The notes under the pieces are model-generated. The model was not told the DNA's origin. It ran no database searches and was given only the letters and a program-made list of their open reading frames with translations. This document shows, piece by piece, positions 27,773-41,756 of a DNA stretch of 64,000 nt. This stretch comes from the human T2T-CHM13v2.0 reference genome, Homo sapiens: assembly GCF_009914755.1 (NCBI RefSeq), contig NC_060947.1; one strand, written 5' to 3'. Position 1 is the first letter of the stretch. The number at the start of each line of letters is the position of its first letter. Both the position numbers and the translations under genes were made by a program.

Positions 27773-28034
27773 CTCTAAAGGTCACCAGTGCCCTGCTTGT
27801 CTCAATCCTAGCTGGACACTAGGCTATAATGCTCCTTATAAATGTGAAAGAAGCTGTGTGGGCTTTTTGCAGTGTATAAACAGACTGGCCTATTATCCAT
27901 GGCTTTTCCTAAGAAAGATCTTCAATAGTTACACGAAAAATGCAAATAAAGCCTGTGGGGATTATCAAGCCCTCCAAATATCTGGATTGTCTCTGGAGGA
28001 AACTGTTCCTGTAGGCCCAAAGTGAAGGGCTTAT

Positions 28035-28540
28035 GTATTATGCATGGCCCTTCAGAGAAACAGAAATGAAAGAAAGAGAAATATTTATTATAAGGAATTA
28101 AATCACATCATTATGGAGGCTGAGAAGTCTCAATATCTGCAGTTTATCAACTGGACAGACAGGAAAGCCTATTTGTAGTTCCAGCTGGAGTATGAAGGCC
28201 TGCAAGCAAGGAGAGCCCATGGTGCATGTTCCAGCCCAAAAGGTGGAAGGCAGGAGACCCAAGAAGAACTGATGCTTCAATTGATGTCCAAAGGCCAGAA
28301 AAGACTAGTGTCTCAGCTCACAGAAGTCAGGCAGGAAGAGTTCCCATTTTTCAGCCTTTGTGTTCTATTCAGGCCTTCAATTGATTGAGTGAGGCCCACA
28401 CACATTAGGGAAGGAAATTTGCTTTACTCAGTCCACCTATTCGAATTTTAATCTCATCCAGAAATACCCTCACAGGCATGCCCAACGAATAAGTGTTTTT
28501 CCACCCTGTGGCCCAGTTGGCACATAAAATTAACCATCAA
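28035..28540 (-). mobile_element. MLT2 (ERVL) solo LTR
   Basis: The minus strand begins tgatggttaattttatgtgccaactgggccacaggg and contains ctggatgagattaaaattcgaataggtggactgagtaaagc, as in the MLT2B/C/D consensus. Confidence 0.9.
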
Positions 28541-28826
28541 ATATTGTTAGATATGTTTAGCTTTATTCTGGGAAACTGCCACACAGTCTTTCAAAGCGAA
28601 TATACTGACTCTTTGCCCCTATTTTCAAAGTATCTGGGTTTCAGTAGCATCACATCCCTATTGTGACTGGTCATTTCAACATTTTCAATTTTACCCACTC
28701 TCACTTGTGAGATTGTATCTCTTGAATTAAATGTGTATTTATAACACACAAATGATCTTGACACTATTTCATAATATGATTGGCTGTTTAGGTGTCCATT
28801 TTAGGGAATTTCTATTCAAACTTTAA

Positions 28827-29129
<303 letters not shown>

Positions 29130-29509
29130 TTTAATCTTAAGTGGATGGACTGTATTGATCTTTTTTGGTAATATTTCTGTGTATATTCATTATATAAATA
29201 TTTTTAGGATTCATTAATTATAAATGACTGTTTCCATTTGTGGCATGGCTTTTCATTCTCCATGATATCTTTGTTAAATTTTCTCATTTAAAAAATCAAG
29301 CTGCTATTTCATATTTGGTTTGTCTGTATTCCAAAGTCATTAAGTATTCTATAAGTTTTATCCTATAAAATGTATTGTTTTACCTTTCAAGTATTAATCT
29401 ATTATATATATGAGATTGATTTTTTGTGTATTATGTAGGGTTCAGATATATTCTTAAAATACAGATATCCATGTGCTACAGCATCATTTATTAAAAATAT
29501 CTGTATTTC

Positions 29510-29922
29510 ATAAAAAATGCCAACAACAAACATTTTCAGGCTAGATGGATTCACAGCCAAATTCGATCAGACATTCAAAGAGGAACTGGTACCAACCCTA
29601 CTGAAACTATTTCAAAAGATTGAGAAAAAGAGAATCGTTACTAGCTCATTCTGTGAAGCCAGTATCACCTTGATACTGAAACAATGAAAGGACATAACAA
29701 AAAAAGGAAAAATAAAGACCGATATCCCCAACGAACAAAGATGCAAACATTCTCAGCAAAATACTAGCAAATCAAATCCATCAACACATCCATCAAAAAT
29801 ATAATTCACCATGGTTGAATGGGTTTTATTCCAGGGATGCCTGGATGGTTCAACATATGCAAATCAATAAATGTGACTCATCACATAATTACAAAAAAAC
29901 ATACGATCATCTCAATAGATGC
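29510..29922 (+). mobile_element. L1 ORF2 fragment (start of the RT region)
   Basis: Contains 'gatggattcacagccaaattc', 'gaagccagtatcaccttgatac', 'ggttcaacatatgcaaatcaataaatgtga' and 'catctcaatagatgc'. Confidence 0.9.
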
Positions 29923-29999
29923 TGCCTGATTCATGAATCATTGTTTGTGCAAATAAACTCTGCTTAATTTAAAATAATGAAGAATGACAAGATCTTCAT

Positions 30000-32900
30000 T
30001 TTAAAATTGTTTGCTAGTAATAGAAATAAAATTGATTTTTATATATTGCATTTACATGCACATATTATCTTTTATAAATTCATGTATTCATTCTAGTTTT
30101 ATTCTGATTCTTTTGAGTTTTAATTGCAAACAATTATGTGTTCTGTGAATTAAGACCATCTTCTTTGTTTTCAATAACTCTCTTTTATTTATTTCTCTTA
30201 CCTTATTTAATGGCTAGTACCCTGAGTAAAATATTGTATGCCAGTTGCAATGAATGGAAATCTTGTCTTCTACCTGGATTCTGAAAGTGTTTAGTATTTT
30301 GCCTTAGAGAATTAATGTGGCTGCAGATGTGTTTTTGTAGATATCTGTTATAGGTATAAATAGGTTCCTTTTTATTTCTTGTTTAATGTCAACTTTTCTG
30401 CGAAAGGGTTTTGAATGTTATTAAATGTTTTCATTCTTAAAGGGCATCTTGTATGCTTCATAGATTTTCTCTTATGACATTTGTATACACATTTTTGTGT
30501 GAAAATAACTTTCCAAAACACTTGTATAAATATCTAATATTAGCATTGTTAATTTGTTTGGTAAGTATATGGTTAATTTGGTAAAAAACAAACAAAAAAA
30601 CTACCAAACTGTTTTACGAAAAGCTGTACAATTTTGTTTTCTCTTCTGCAATATGTGAAAGTTCTAGTTGTTTCTTTTGCATGTTCAGCAGCACTTGGAA
30701 TTCTCCAATCTCGATGAAAAGTATAAATTCAGAGATCTAAGAAGCTCAACCAGACTCTAAGCACAAGAATCAGAAAGAAATAGGCTGTCTTCAAACTACA
30801 CCAACATACATCTTACTCATATTGCCCCAAATCAGTATTAGCAAATTTTAAAGCAGTAGTGGGGTAAGTGGAACACATGTTATGTATGAAGGAACAGAGG
30901 AAGGTATGACAAAACTTTTCCCTCCATAAAAATGCCAGTGGGAAGACATTTAATTAATATCAGGAAAGAATTAAAAGGAAAAAAAAATCCTGTCAACCTA
31001 GAGTTCAATACTTAGCAAAAACCATATTTCAAGAGTGAAGACATATTCTTTTTTAGTTATACACATTCTGATACAGTTCATTACCAGAAGGTCCACAATG
31101 TAAGAAATGTCAAAGGGACAGTAATTACATGAGCAAGAAATATAGATCTACGTGGAGTAAAAATGTGCTTCAAAAATAAAACATTAGTAAATATAATATT
31201 TGTTGTCATTTAAACATTTAAAGATAACTTGCTGTTTGAAGAAAAATAATAATGTATTGGGAGACTTTAGCATAAGTAAAATTAGGTGTGTAATAAAAGT
31301 ATCATGCAGGCCAAAAGAGAAACTTAGAAATGTATTGTATTTTTTGAAAGATATTGTAAGTTTCTTATAGATGAAATGCTGTAATATCACTTGAAAATAA
31401 AAGATAGGTTAAAGAGGTATACTATAAATACTAAAGCAATAAAAAATAACAAAATGAAGATTTATAACTGGAAAACCATCAAAGGAGATACAATGGAAAA
31501 TTCAAAAATATTTGATGAATCTAATAGGTATCAGAAAGAGAAGAAAAAGAAAGATACCCAAAGGACTATTTAGACAAATGGAAAACAAGATGAAAGTCTT
31601 AAACTAAGCCTTATCAAATAATCACAAATTAAATGTAAATTACAATTTACCCCAATTAAGAAATTGTCAGATTTTCCCAATTATATGGCATCACAGAAAA
31701 CATGTTTAAATATGAAGTCAAAATATGCTGAAGTGAAAGGATCAAAAATGGTACATTAACACTAAGTTATGCTGAAGTAGTCATATTCAATATTATACTA
31801 AGTGAATTTCAGAGCAAGGAATATTACTAGAGATAAAGAATATTAAGTCATAATGATAAAGAGTCTATTCTTCAAGATTACATAATCCTAAATGTTTAAG
31901 CACTTATAAAGAAAACATCAAAGTATTTGAAGCATTTTGTTGCAAATTTTCTTCTGCACACTGCTTTAGCTCTATCTCATGGATTTGTATAGGCTGTATG
32001 TTTATTTTTACTCAGAACAAATATTTAGAAATGTATTTGACTTACAGGTATTTGGAGATTTTTGAGATATTTGATTATTTATTGCTAGTTTAATTCTACT
32101 ATGCAACAAGAAAGATTATTTGAAATTTATATTATTTTAAATTTCTTAAGGATTTTTATGGCCCAGAATATCATGTCACTTAGTGAATGCTCTATGAGAA
32201 CCTGAAAAAAATGTATATTCCATTCTTTCTTTTCCCTGTCTCTTTTTAGGGGCACAGAGTTGGTTGATGAATGGAGGGCTGGAGCTTGAGGCTGGATGTG
32301 TACCCCAGAAGGGTCTCTAAGATTCAAAACCTTTTCATACCAATGTCCCTAATTCCTCCATGTTATTGGCATTGGACTTGATCTCTCTTCATACATATTT
32401 TTGTATACATAAGGTGTGCAAGGGTGTGTGTGCATGTGTGTGTGTGTGTGTGAGGGATAGGGTCTCAGAGTGAATGTATTTGTTTTTTATACTTTGACCT
32501 TGTACACAGTGACCTTTCTAAATTTTTATTTTAATTGTTTTTCAATTGTTTATGTAGACAATCATGCTGTCTGAGTAGAGATATTCACATCTTCCTTTAA
32601 AGCATTTATTCATTTTATTTACATCTTTCTTTAAAACATTTATTCATTTTATTTATTTCCCTTGCCTTATTGTGCCAGCTAGAATCTGCAGTAAAATTTG
32701 GAATTGCACGTGGTGATAATGGACACCCTTGTTTTATCCTTGAGCTCAGGGAGATATGATTCAATATTTCACCAGGAGCATAACATCAGCTATGGTTGTT
32801 TTGTAGCTATTCATCATTAGCATGAAATGTTTCTTTGTATTTCTTGCTTACTAAAAATTTTTATCATGAAAAGATAGGGAATTTAGTAAAATGATTTTCT

Positions 32901-33720
32901 CTGCATTAATGTTGATTATTATATATATTATATATATATATTTATAATTAATAGGATACCATCAGTTGTTTAAGATGTTGAATGTACCTTATATTTCTGC
33001 TATAAGCCCTAATTAGTGGTGAACTTAATTCATTTGTTAATGTCTTGTTTAAGATTTCTGTATGTATTTTCATAAGCCCTATTTATTTGCTAAAATTTAT
33101 TTGTCTGATCTTGTTTTCAAAATTATGTTAGTCTCACATGCTAGCTGGGATATGTTCCCTTTCATTTCTTTAAATAGTAGAGTATGAATAAATTTGGCAA
33201 TATATTTTCCTTCTTCAAAGTTTTGTGGAATCACTCTTAAAGGTATCTCAGTGTGGAATTCTCTTTATAGGAAAATTTTAAACTATGGCTTTAAATTGTA
33301 CATAATGGACCTGGGTCATTTAGAATTTGTGTGTTATTGTATCAGTTTTAGTTAGCTGTATAAATTTGAATATTTTATATAATTTGTTAAATGTAATGCA
33401 GTATAGTTGTCCAAATAATCCTTCTCCTATCATTTTGATATTCTTAAGTTCTGCAGTAATGTCTCCCATTTTGTTCGTGATACCGGAATTGTGTATTTTT
33501 TTCTTGATCAGTATTACATGTAATTATCACATCTCTTAACCTGCAAAATAAAACATTTTACTTGACAAGAAGCATTTTAAACAAAAACACAGTTTGAATG
33601 TCAACAACAGAAAAAGTTATATCATGCAACTTATGCATACAAATTTGGAGTGACTGTAATATTAGACAAAGTAGACTCCTAGACAAGGAGTGTTGCTAGA
33701 GCTAAAGGACGTTTTCTGTG
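30000..33720. mobile_element. Patchwork of old L1M fragments in both orientations
   Basis: L1M ORF1/EN-like text on + (30715-31930) and ORF2-like text on - (30000-30700, 31935-33540), all heavily decayed. Confidence 0.55.
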
Positions 33721-33730
33721 TGTAAACCTA

Positions 33731-36700
33731 TTTCTTTTTTTAATGTTTGTTTTAAGTTTGGGTGTACATGTGAGGGTTTGTTACATAGATAAACGTGTGT
33801 CAGAGGGGGTTGTTGTACATATTATTACATAAACCAGGCATTAAGCTCAGTAGCCAATAGTTATCTTTTCTGCTCCTCCCCATGTCCCAACCCTCTCCCC
33901 TGAAGTAGATCCCAGTGCTTCTTGTTTTCTTCTTTGTTTTCATAAGTTCTTGTCATTCAGCTCCAATTTATAAGTGAGAATAGTTTCTTTTGCTGTGCAG
34001 AATTGCTTTAGTTTAATTAGATCCCATTTGTCAATTTTTGCTTTTGTTGCCATTGCTTTTGGTTTCTTTGTCATGAAATCTTTGCCCATTCCTATGTCCA
34101 GGATGGTATTGCCTAGGTTGTCTTCCAGGGTTTTTATAGTTTTGGGTTTTACATCTAAGTCTTTAATTGGTCTTGAGTTTATCTTTGTATGTGGTATAAG
34201 AAAAGAGTCCAGTTTTAATTTTCTGCATATGGCTAGCTAGTTATTCCAGCATCATTTATTGAATAGGATGTCTTTCCCCTACTGCTTGTTTTTGTCAGCT
34301 TTGTCAAAGATCAGATGGTCATAGATAAGAAGCCTTATTTCTGGGCCCTCTATTCTGTTCCATTGGCCTATGTGCCTATTTTTGTACCAGCACCATGCTG
34401 TTTTGGTCACTTTAGCCTTATAGTATAGTTTGAAGTAGGGTAATGTGACTCTTCCAGCTTTCTTCTTTTTGCTAAGGATAGCGTTGGCTATTCCGGCTCT
34501 TTTTAGGTTCCAAATAAAATTATTTTTTTTTCTAGTTCTGTGAAGAATGTCATTGGTAGTGTGATAGGAATACTATTGAATCTGTAAATGGCTTTGAGCA
34601 GTGTAACCATTTTAATGTTATGGATTCTTTCTATTCATGAGCATGAGATTTTTTTTCCATTTCTTTGTGTCTTCTCTGATTTATTTGAGCAGTGTTTTGT
34701 ATTCTCATTGTAGAGCTCTTTCACCTCCTTTGTTAGCTGTATTCCTAGGTATTTTATTCTCTTTGTGGCAATTGTGAATGGGATTACCTTTCTGATTTGG
34801 CTCTCTGTTTTGTTGTTGGTGATGTATAGGAATGCTAGCAGTTTTTGTACATTAATTTTGTACCCTGAAACCTTGCTGAAGTTGTTTATCAGCTGTAAGA
34901 AGCTTTGGGGCCGATACTATGGTGTTTTGTAGACATAGAACCATGTCATCTGCAAACAGAGGTAGTTTGACTTCCTCTCTTCCTGTTTGGATGCCTTTAT
35001 TTCTCTATCTTGCCTGATTCCTCTGGCTAGGACTTCTAATACCATTTGAATGGAAGTGGTGAGAGTGGGCATCCTTGTCTTGCGCTGGTTTTCAAGGGGA
35101 ATGCTTCCAGCTTTTTTTCATTCAGTGTGATGTTGGCTGTGGGTTCGTCATAAATGGCTCTTATTATTTTGAGGTATGTTCCTTTAATATCTAGCTTGTT
35201 GAGAGTGTTTAATATGAAGAGATGTTAAATTTTATCAAAAGCCTTTTCTACGTTTATTGAGATAATCAGGTAGTTTTCATCTTTAATTCTGTTTATGTGA
35301 TGAATCACATTTATTGATTTGTGTGTGTAGAGCCAACTTTGCATCCCATGAATGAAGGCTGTTTGATTGTGGTGGATTAGCTTTTTGATGTGCTGCCAGA
35401 TTCAGTTTTCCAGTATTTTGTTGAGAATTTTTGCACCAATGTCCATCAAGGATATTGGCCTGAAGTTTTCTTCTTTTGTTGTATCTCTGTCAGGTTTTGA
35501 TATCAGGATGATGCTGGCCTCAGAATGAGTTAGGGAGGAGTCCCTTCTTTTCAGTGTTTTGAAATAGTTTCAGTAGAAATGGTACCTGTTCTTCTTTGCA
35601 CCTCTTGTAGAATTCAGCTGTGAATCCTTCTGGCCCTGGTTTTTTTCTTTTTTTTTTTTTTTTTTTTTTTTAGGCTATTTATTATGACCTCAATTTCAGA
35701 GCTGGTTAGTCTGTGCAGAGTTTCCATTGCTCCCTGGTTCAGTCTTGGGAGGATGTATGTGTCCAGAAATTTATACATGTCTTTTAGATTTTGTTTATGT
35801 GCGTAGAGGTGTTTATAATATTCTCTGATAATTGTTTGTATTACTGTGAGGTCAGCGGTAATATCCCCCTTATTATTTCTGATTGTGCTTATTTAAACCT
35901 TCTCTCTTTTCTTTTTTATTAGTCTAGCTTGTGGTCTCTCTATTTTATTAGCTTTTTGAAAAACCAACTCCTGGATTCATTGATCTTTTGAATGTTTTTT
36001 TGGATCTCTATCTCCAGGTCAGCTCTGATTTTTGTAATTTTTTGGTCTTCTGCCAGCTTTGGGATTTGTTTGCCTTGGTTCTCTAGTTCTTTTAGTTGTG
36101 ATGTTAGATTGTTAACTTGACATCTTTCAGGCTTTTTGATGTGGGCATTTAGTGCTATAAATTTCCCACTTAACACTGCCTTAGGTATGTCTCAGAGATT
36201 CTGGTATGTTGTATCTTTGTTCTCATTAGTTTTAAATAACCTCTTGATTTCTGCCTTAGTTTTATTATAAACCCACAAGTCATTCAGTCATTATTCAATT
36301 TCCATGTAATCGTATGTTTTTGAGTGAATTTCTTAGTCTTAAGTTCTAATTTGATTGTGCTGGGGTCCAAGAGACTGTTAGGATTTCAGTTCTTTTGCAT
36401 TTTCTGAGTAGTGTTTTACTTCTGATTATGTGACCAATTTTAGAGTAAAAGTGCCATGTGGTGATGAAAAGAATGTATATTCTGATGTTTTGGGGTGGAG
36501 AGTTCTGTAGATATCTATCAGGACCATTTAATTTAGAGCTGAGTTCAGGTCCTGAATATCTTTGTTAATTTTATGTCTCAGTGATCTGTCTAATATTGTC
36601 AGTGGAGTGTTAAAGTCTCCCACTATTATTGTTTGGGGGTCTCAGTCACTTTGAAAGTCTCTAGAAACTTTCTTTATGAATCCGGGTGCTCCTGTGTGCG

Positions 36701-37590
36701 GTGCATATATATTTAGGATAGTTAGCTCTTCTTGTTGAATTGATCCCTTTACCATTATGTACTGTCCTCCTTTGTCTTCTTTTTCCTTGTTGGTTTAAAG
36801 TCTGTTTTGTGACAAACTAGGATTGCAATCCCTGCTTTTTTCTGTTTTCCCTTTGCTTGGTACATTTTCCTCCATCCCTTTATGTTGAGCCTATGTATGT
36901 CATTGCATGTGAGATGGGTCTCGTGCAGAGAGTGTACCAGTGTGTCTTGGTTCTTTATCCAGCTTGTCACTCTGTGTGTCTTTTAATTGGCGCATTCAGC
37001 CCAGTTACATTTAAAGTTAGTATTGATATGTGTGGATTTGATCCTGTCGTCATGATGCTAGCTGGTTATTTTGTTGACTTGTTTATGGGATTGCTTCACA
37101 GTGTCACTATTCTGTGTAATAAAATGTCTTTTTGTGGTGGCTGGTAGTGTTTTTTTTTCTTTCAATATTTAGTGCTTACTTCAGGAGCTCTTGTAAGGCA
37201 AGTCTAGAGGTAACAACTTTTCTCAGCATTTGCTTGTCTGAAAAAGATCTTATTTCTCCTCCCCTTATGAAGCTTAGTTTGGCCAGATATGAAACTCTGG
37301 GTTGGAATTGCTTTTTTTTTTTTTTAAAGAATGTTAAATATTAGTCCCCAATCTCTTCTGGCTTGCAGGATTTCTGCTGAGAGGTCTGTTGTTAGTCTGA
37401 TGCCCTTTGTAGGTTACCTGGCCTTTCCTTATGGCCACCCTTAACATTTTTTCTTTCGTTTCAACCTTGGAGAATCTGTTGATTATGTGTCTTGTGGATG
37501 ATCTTCTCACAAAGTATCTTATGGGGTTCTCTGCATTTCCTGAATTTGAATGTTGACCTGTCTAACAAGGTTGGGAAGTTCTCATGGATT
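33731..37590 (-). mobile_element. Old L1PA element (3'UTR, ORF2 and part of ORF1) with internal deletion
   Basis: ORFs 35940-36176 and 36755-36970 (-) are L1 ORF2p/EN-like ([12 protein letters not shown]; GWRKMYQAKGKQKKAGIAILV..KTDFKP). The 3'UTR joins ORF2 abruptly at ~33980. Confidence 0.95.
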
Positions 37591-40374
37591 ATTAATTTTT
37601 AAGTCATACACTTATACAACATTGTTAATTGCATTGTATTAATTAAAATAACTATAAACACTTATTTAATAACTGTGTATCTTTAAAAATTTAGTGGTTG
37701 CCTTAAGCTTTGCAATGTGCATCTCTAATTGATCACCATCTACCTTCAAATAATACAGCATCACTTCATGTAATGTGTAAAAACTTCATTATCATTTCAA
37801 TTTCTATCTCTTCTCTTTTACTATTGTTGTCACACATTTTGCTCAGATATATGTTATAAACCTACAACATAATTGATACTACTTTGTGCTTTAGAAAGTC
37901 AATTTTCTTTTAGAGTCATTATAAATTAGAAGTTAAAAAACCAAAATCTTCTATATCTACTTTTATTTTAGCCATTTTTGGATATCTTCAATTTTTTGTG
38001 TGGATTCATGTTTCTGAATAGTATTATATTTTTTCAGCCTGAAACACTTTTTAAAAGGGGTATTCTGGTTCAGCTCTGCTGGCAATGATACCTTTAGCTT
38101 TAGTTTGTCAGAAATCATGCGACCACATGTTTGAAAATTATTGTCACTGAATATAGACTTTTGGATTGGCCATTTATTTTTGTTCAGTACATTAAAGGTA
38201 TTGCTGCATTGTCTTCTAGCTTACATAATTTCTGAGAAAACTTTGCTGTAATTCTTGTCTCTTTTTTCTTTTGGTACAGTAGAATTATTTTGTGCTTAAA
38301 AAAGAGGGCTGTCTTAATGTTCTTACTTCATCCTCAGGTTTCAGTGTTCCCTCTACATCTGCACCATGGAGGAGGTCTCTTTCCATTGTCTTACCCCTTA
38401 CCCAGCAGTAAACTGTTGTTTCTTGTAATTTTGTGCTTGTAAGTTAGGTAGTGAAGTCCGGGAGAATCTCTTTTAGATGGCAAAGCCCCATTCTTTCACA
38501 GGCATTTGTCATTCTCTGTGGTCTTTCTCTTCCACTGTCTTTCCACCTCAAACTATACCTTTTATCTTTGGTGACTCTTGTAGAGCCAAGGGCTTCTTGC
38601 CCCATCACTGCAGCAGAACATACTTGTCTAGGCTCATGACTGATTTCTGGTAGTCTTCTAGGGACAGAGAGATTTTTTTAAATCTTTTTTTTAACCTTTC
38701 CCAGCTACAGTGATTCTTCACTCCTGCCCTTGGAAGAATTAGACTTACTGCCCCTACCAAGGATATTTACAGATGATATGTTTTTCTGTAGGGCATAAGG
38801 ATTAGAGAGGAGCTTCATACTTTTTACACAACAATGGCATCTATATTCTTTCAGGCTTGTACCACCAAGAAAAGCTTTCTTCAATCTCCTGCTTTTTTTT
38901 CCCAATCTTTAACAACCAGGTGGAAGTTGGTGGAGAAGATCCTGTCTGTGGTAGCAGCCCTTTTGTGTCCGAGGCTCACAGGAGTTCTGTACCTGCACAC
39001 TAGCCTACACTCTTCTTTTAGCAATGTGTTACAATCTTTAACTGACTTCTTCTTTCCTACTTGTATACACTTGATGTTTCTTTATTCTGCCAGTGGGTGA
39101 GCCAGTGTTCATGTCCTATCTCTGATTTCTTTTGTCATTGCTTCATCATTGATGTATTCAATAAATGTTATAATTTCATAGCTTTGTTGTTGTAAGAATT
39201 TTGTTTTGTTTTGTTTTGCTTTGCTTGTTATAGTGATTTTCTTTGGGAGAAGTGACACTTTCTTTTCTTTTTAGATTCATGAATTATCAGGAAAGGAGAG
39301 GACCTCTAATTACACTTTGAGAAGATGCTTCTATCCCTCATTACGCTTTGAAATTGAAGAATTTAGATATATTTAAGTCTATTTCACTCTTTTTAACTGA
39401 TAGATGAATAAACTGTTCTCTTTATCAATGATCCCTCTTGGAGACCATTTGGTATTTCTGCTTTTTGGTTATTAATAACAATGCTTCAATAAATGCCTTT
39501 GCACATGTCTCCTTGTAAACATATGTAAGGATTTCCCTGATGCAGCTAAAACCTAGAAGTAGTTTTATTGGGGAGAAAGGTTTTACATTTATATTATCAA
39601 CATTTTAAGGTACTACCCATTTGCTATTCAGACTGGTTTGATTGGTTTACACTTCTGCCTATAATAAATGTTTATTATTTATTATTTATGATTACTGTTT
39701 ATCCATCTACTGGCTGGCATGTGATGTCATCACACAATTTCTGCAAACACAACGGATGTGAAATTGTATCTGAGTTGCTTAATTTGTGTTTTCCTGACTA
39801 CTAGTAATGTTGAGCATCTTTTACGTTTTTTATGTACTTTATTTTTTACATTAAATAAATTTTGACAAAGAATTTGTGTCCGAATGCTAAGTGTTAGAAA
39901 ATGAATTAAGTATTGGGAATAAAAAAAATCAAGAAAATGGATAATATCCCTGTCCTTACAGAGATTACATTGGCCATATATTTTCTTCTTATGGATCTTA
40001 TCTGCATATTTATGGCCCATTTTTCTACCACATTGTTTATCTTTATAAAAAATGAGCTATAATAATTTTATATCATGGATATTACTTTTGTGCATTATAT
40101 CTATTATAAATATCTTCTTCCCCCATAACTACTATTTTATTTTAAAATATTTTTTTATCCTGGAAATTATTTATTTAAATGCATTTAATTTTATCAATAT
40201 TGTCATTCAAGTTTCGTGTCTCTTTCATCTAATTTAAGAAATTATTTACTATTTCATTGTAATAAACATATTCTTTTATTTTTTAATTATAAAGCTTTAC
40301 ATAAAACTGTGATTTACACGTGTGTATGGTATGAGGGAGGTATTTTATTTTGTTACTCTCTATATACATTTTTT

Positions 40375-41400
40375 TCATTCATTTAGAAAATATTCAACCA
40401 GGATTTCTCTCTTCTCTCAGAAATACTTAAGAGAAAAATTATCTACCTTAATTTAGCTTATGGTCTGGAGTAGGAGACAGCCAATAAAAATAATATGTAA
40501 TAAGATGTAGATAAGTGGTAAGTTCTATGAAAGTGATGCAAGGTAAGGAAGGTATAAAGTGAAGGTGAGTGGGCCCTACTTTATATAGAAGAACTGTCTT
40601 TGAAATGATGACTTTTGAGCAATGACACAATAGACCTGAGGGAGTGATCCATGCAGATACTTGGGAAAATGCCTTGCAGGTTGAGATAGCAAAGAGTGCA
40701 AAATTCCCAAGGCAGGAGTTCCTAGGAGAATGAGGAATCCACAGTACCAGAATCAGAGTTAACTTGGGGAAGAGAATTAGAAATGTGATACGAATGGGGG
40801 ACGATATTGTGCAGGGATTTGTAAGCGATCATATGTTTGGCTTTTACTCTATAGTGTATAAAAAGGCATTAGGAGGGGATTGAACAGAAAACTGAAAGGA
40901 CTTAACATTTTAACAGGATTGTAGGCAATAGGCTTCAGACCGTAAAAAAAAAAAAAGACAAAGGTAAAATCAGAGAGATCAGTTAGAATGTAGTTCTCTA
41001 GGGAGTAATCTAGAGGAGGGAGAATTATGGTTTGGATCAAGATAGTATCAATAAGAATGAAGAGAATAATTCAGATTGGGTAAAGTCAGCAGTAAGGATA
41101 GTGAGAAGTGCCCAGATGCTGGATATATTGTGAAAATAGCACTTAGATAATTTGCTGTTGGATTAGATGTGAGATGAGAGTTAAGAGTCAAGGATGATTC
41201 CAAGGTGTTTTCATCTGAGCAATTGGGTGAATGACAGTGCCATATAATGAAATGGGGAAGACTGCAGAGGAGTGAGTATGGTAAGGGAAAAGATCAGGAA
41301 ATACTTATTAGACATTCCAATGGTGATGACAAGTAAACAGCTATATATATATATATAATCTAGAATTCAGGAAGGAGGCACAGGCCACAGAAAAATGGGA
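40375..41400 (-). mobile_element. L2 fragment
   Basis: Contains 'gagtgatccatgcagatacttggg', 'gatgctggatatattgtgaa' and 'gagtcaaggatgattccaaggtgtttt'. Confidence 0.8.
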
Positions 41401-41716
41401 GTGTATGTTGCTTTCATTTTTATTTGTTTTTTTATATTATTGTGCTTTTTCACAATTTGATTTTGTTGGTCTTTTTCAATTAAATCTTATTCATTTTGGA
41501 AGCACAATTCAAGTATTCTTCATTCTGTAAATCCTTCCTTGAGTTCCCTTAGCTGAGCTGATTATTATCCTCTGTTTCTCTATCCTTTTATATATTTCTT
41601 TATCCTAGTGCTATTATTTTTTTCTATCTCTCCTTTTCTGTCTCACAAGCCAGATAATGCTCTCATTGAAGGCAGGCAGTTTGCCTGATTTGTATTAGTA
41701 CTTTCAACAACTCACA

Positions 41717-41718
<2 letters not shown>

Positions 41719-41752
<34 letters not shown>
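41719..41752. repeat. (CT)n microsatellite within an L2 3' end
   Basis: About 17 CT units, directly visible. Confidence 0.95.

Positions 41753-41756
<4 letters not shown>

Noticed and set aside
33731-37590. An active L1 or intact ORF2
   Set aside because: It has many stops and frameshifts, an internal deletion and no 5'UTR. The other L1 pieces are similarly broken.
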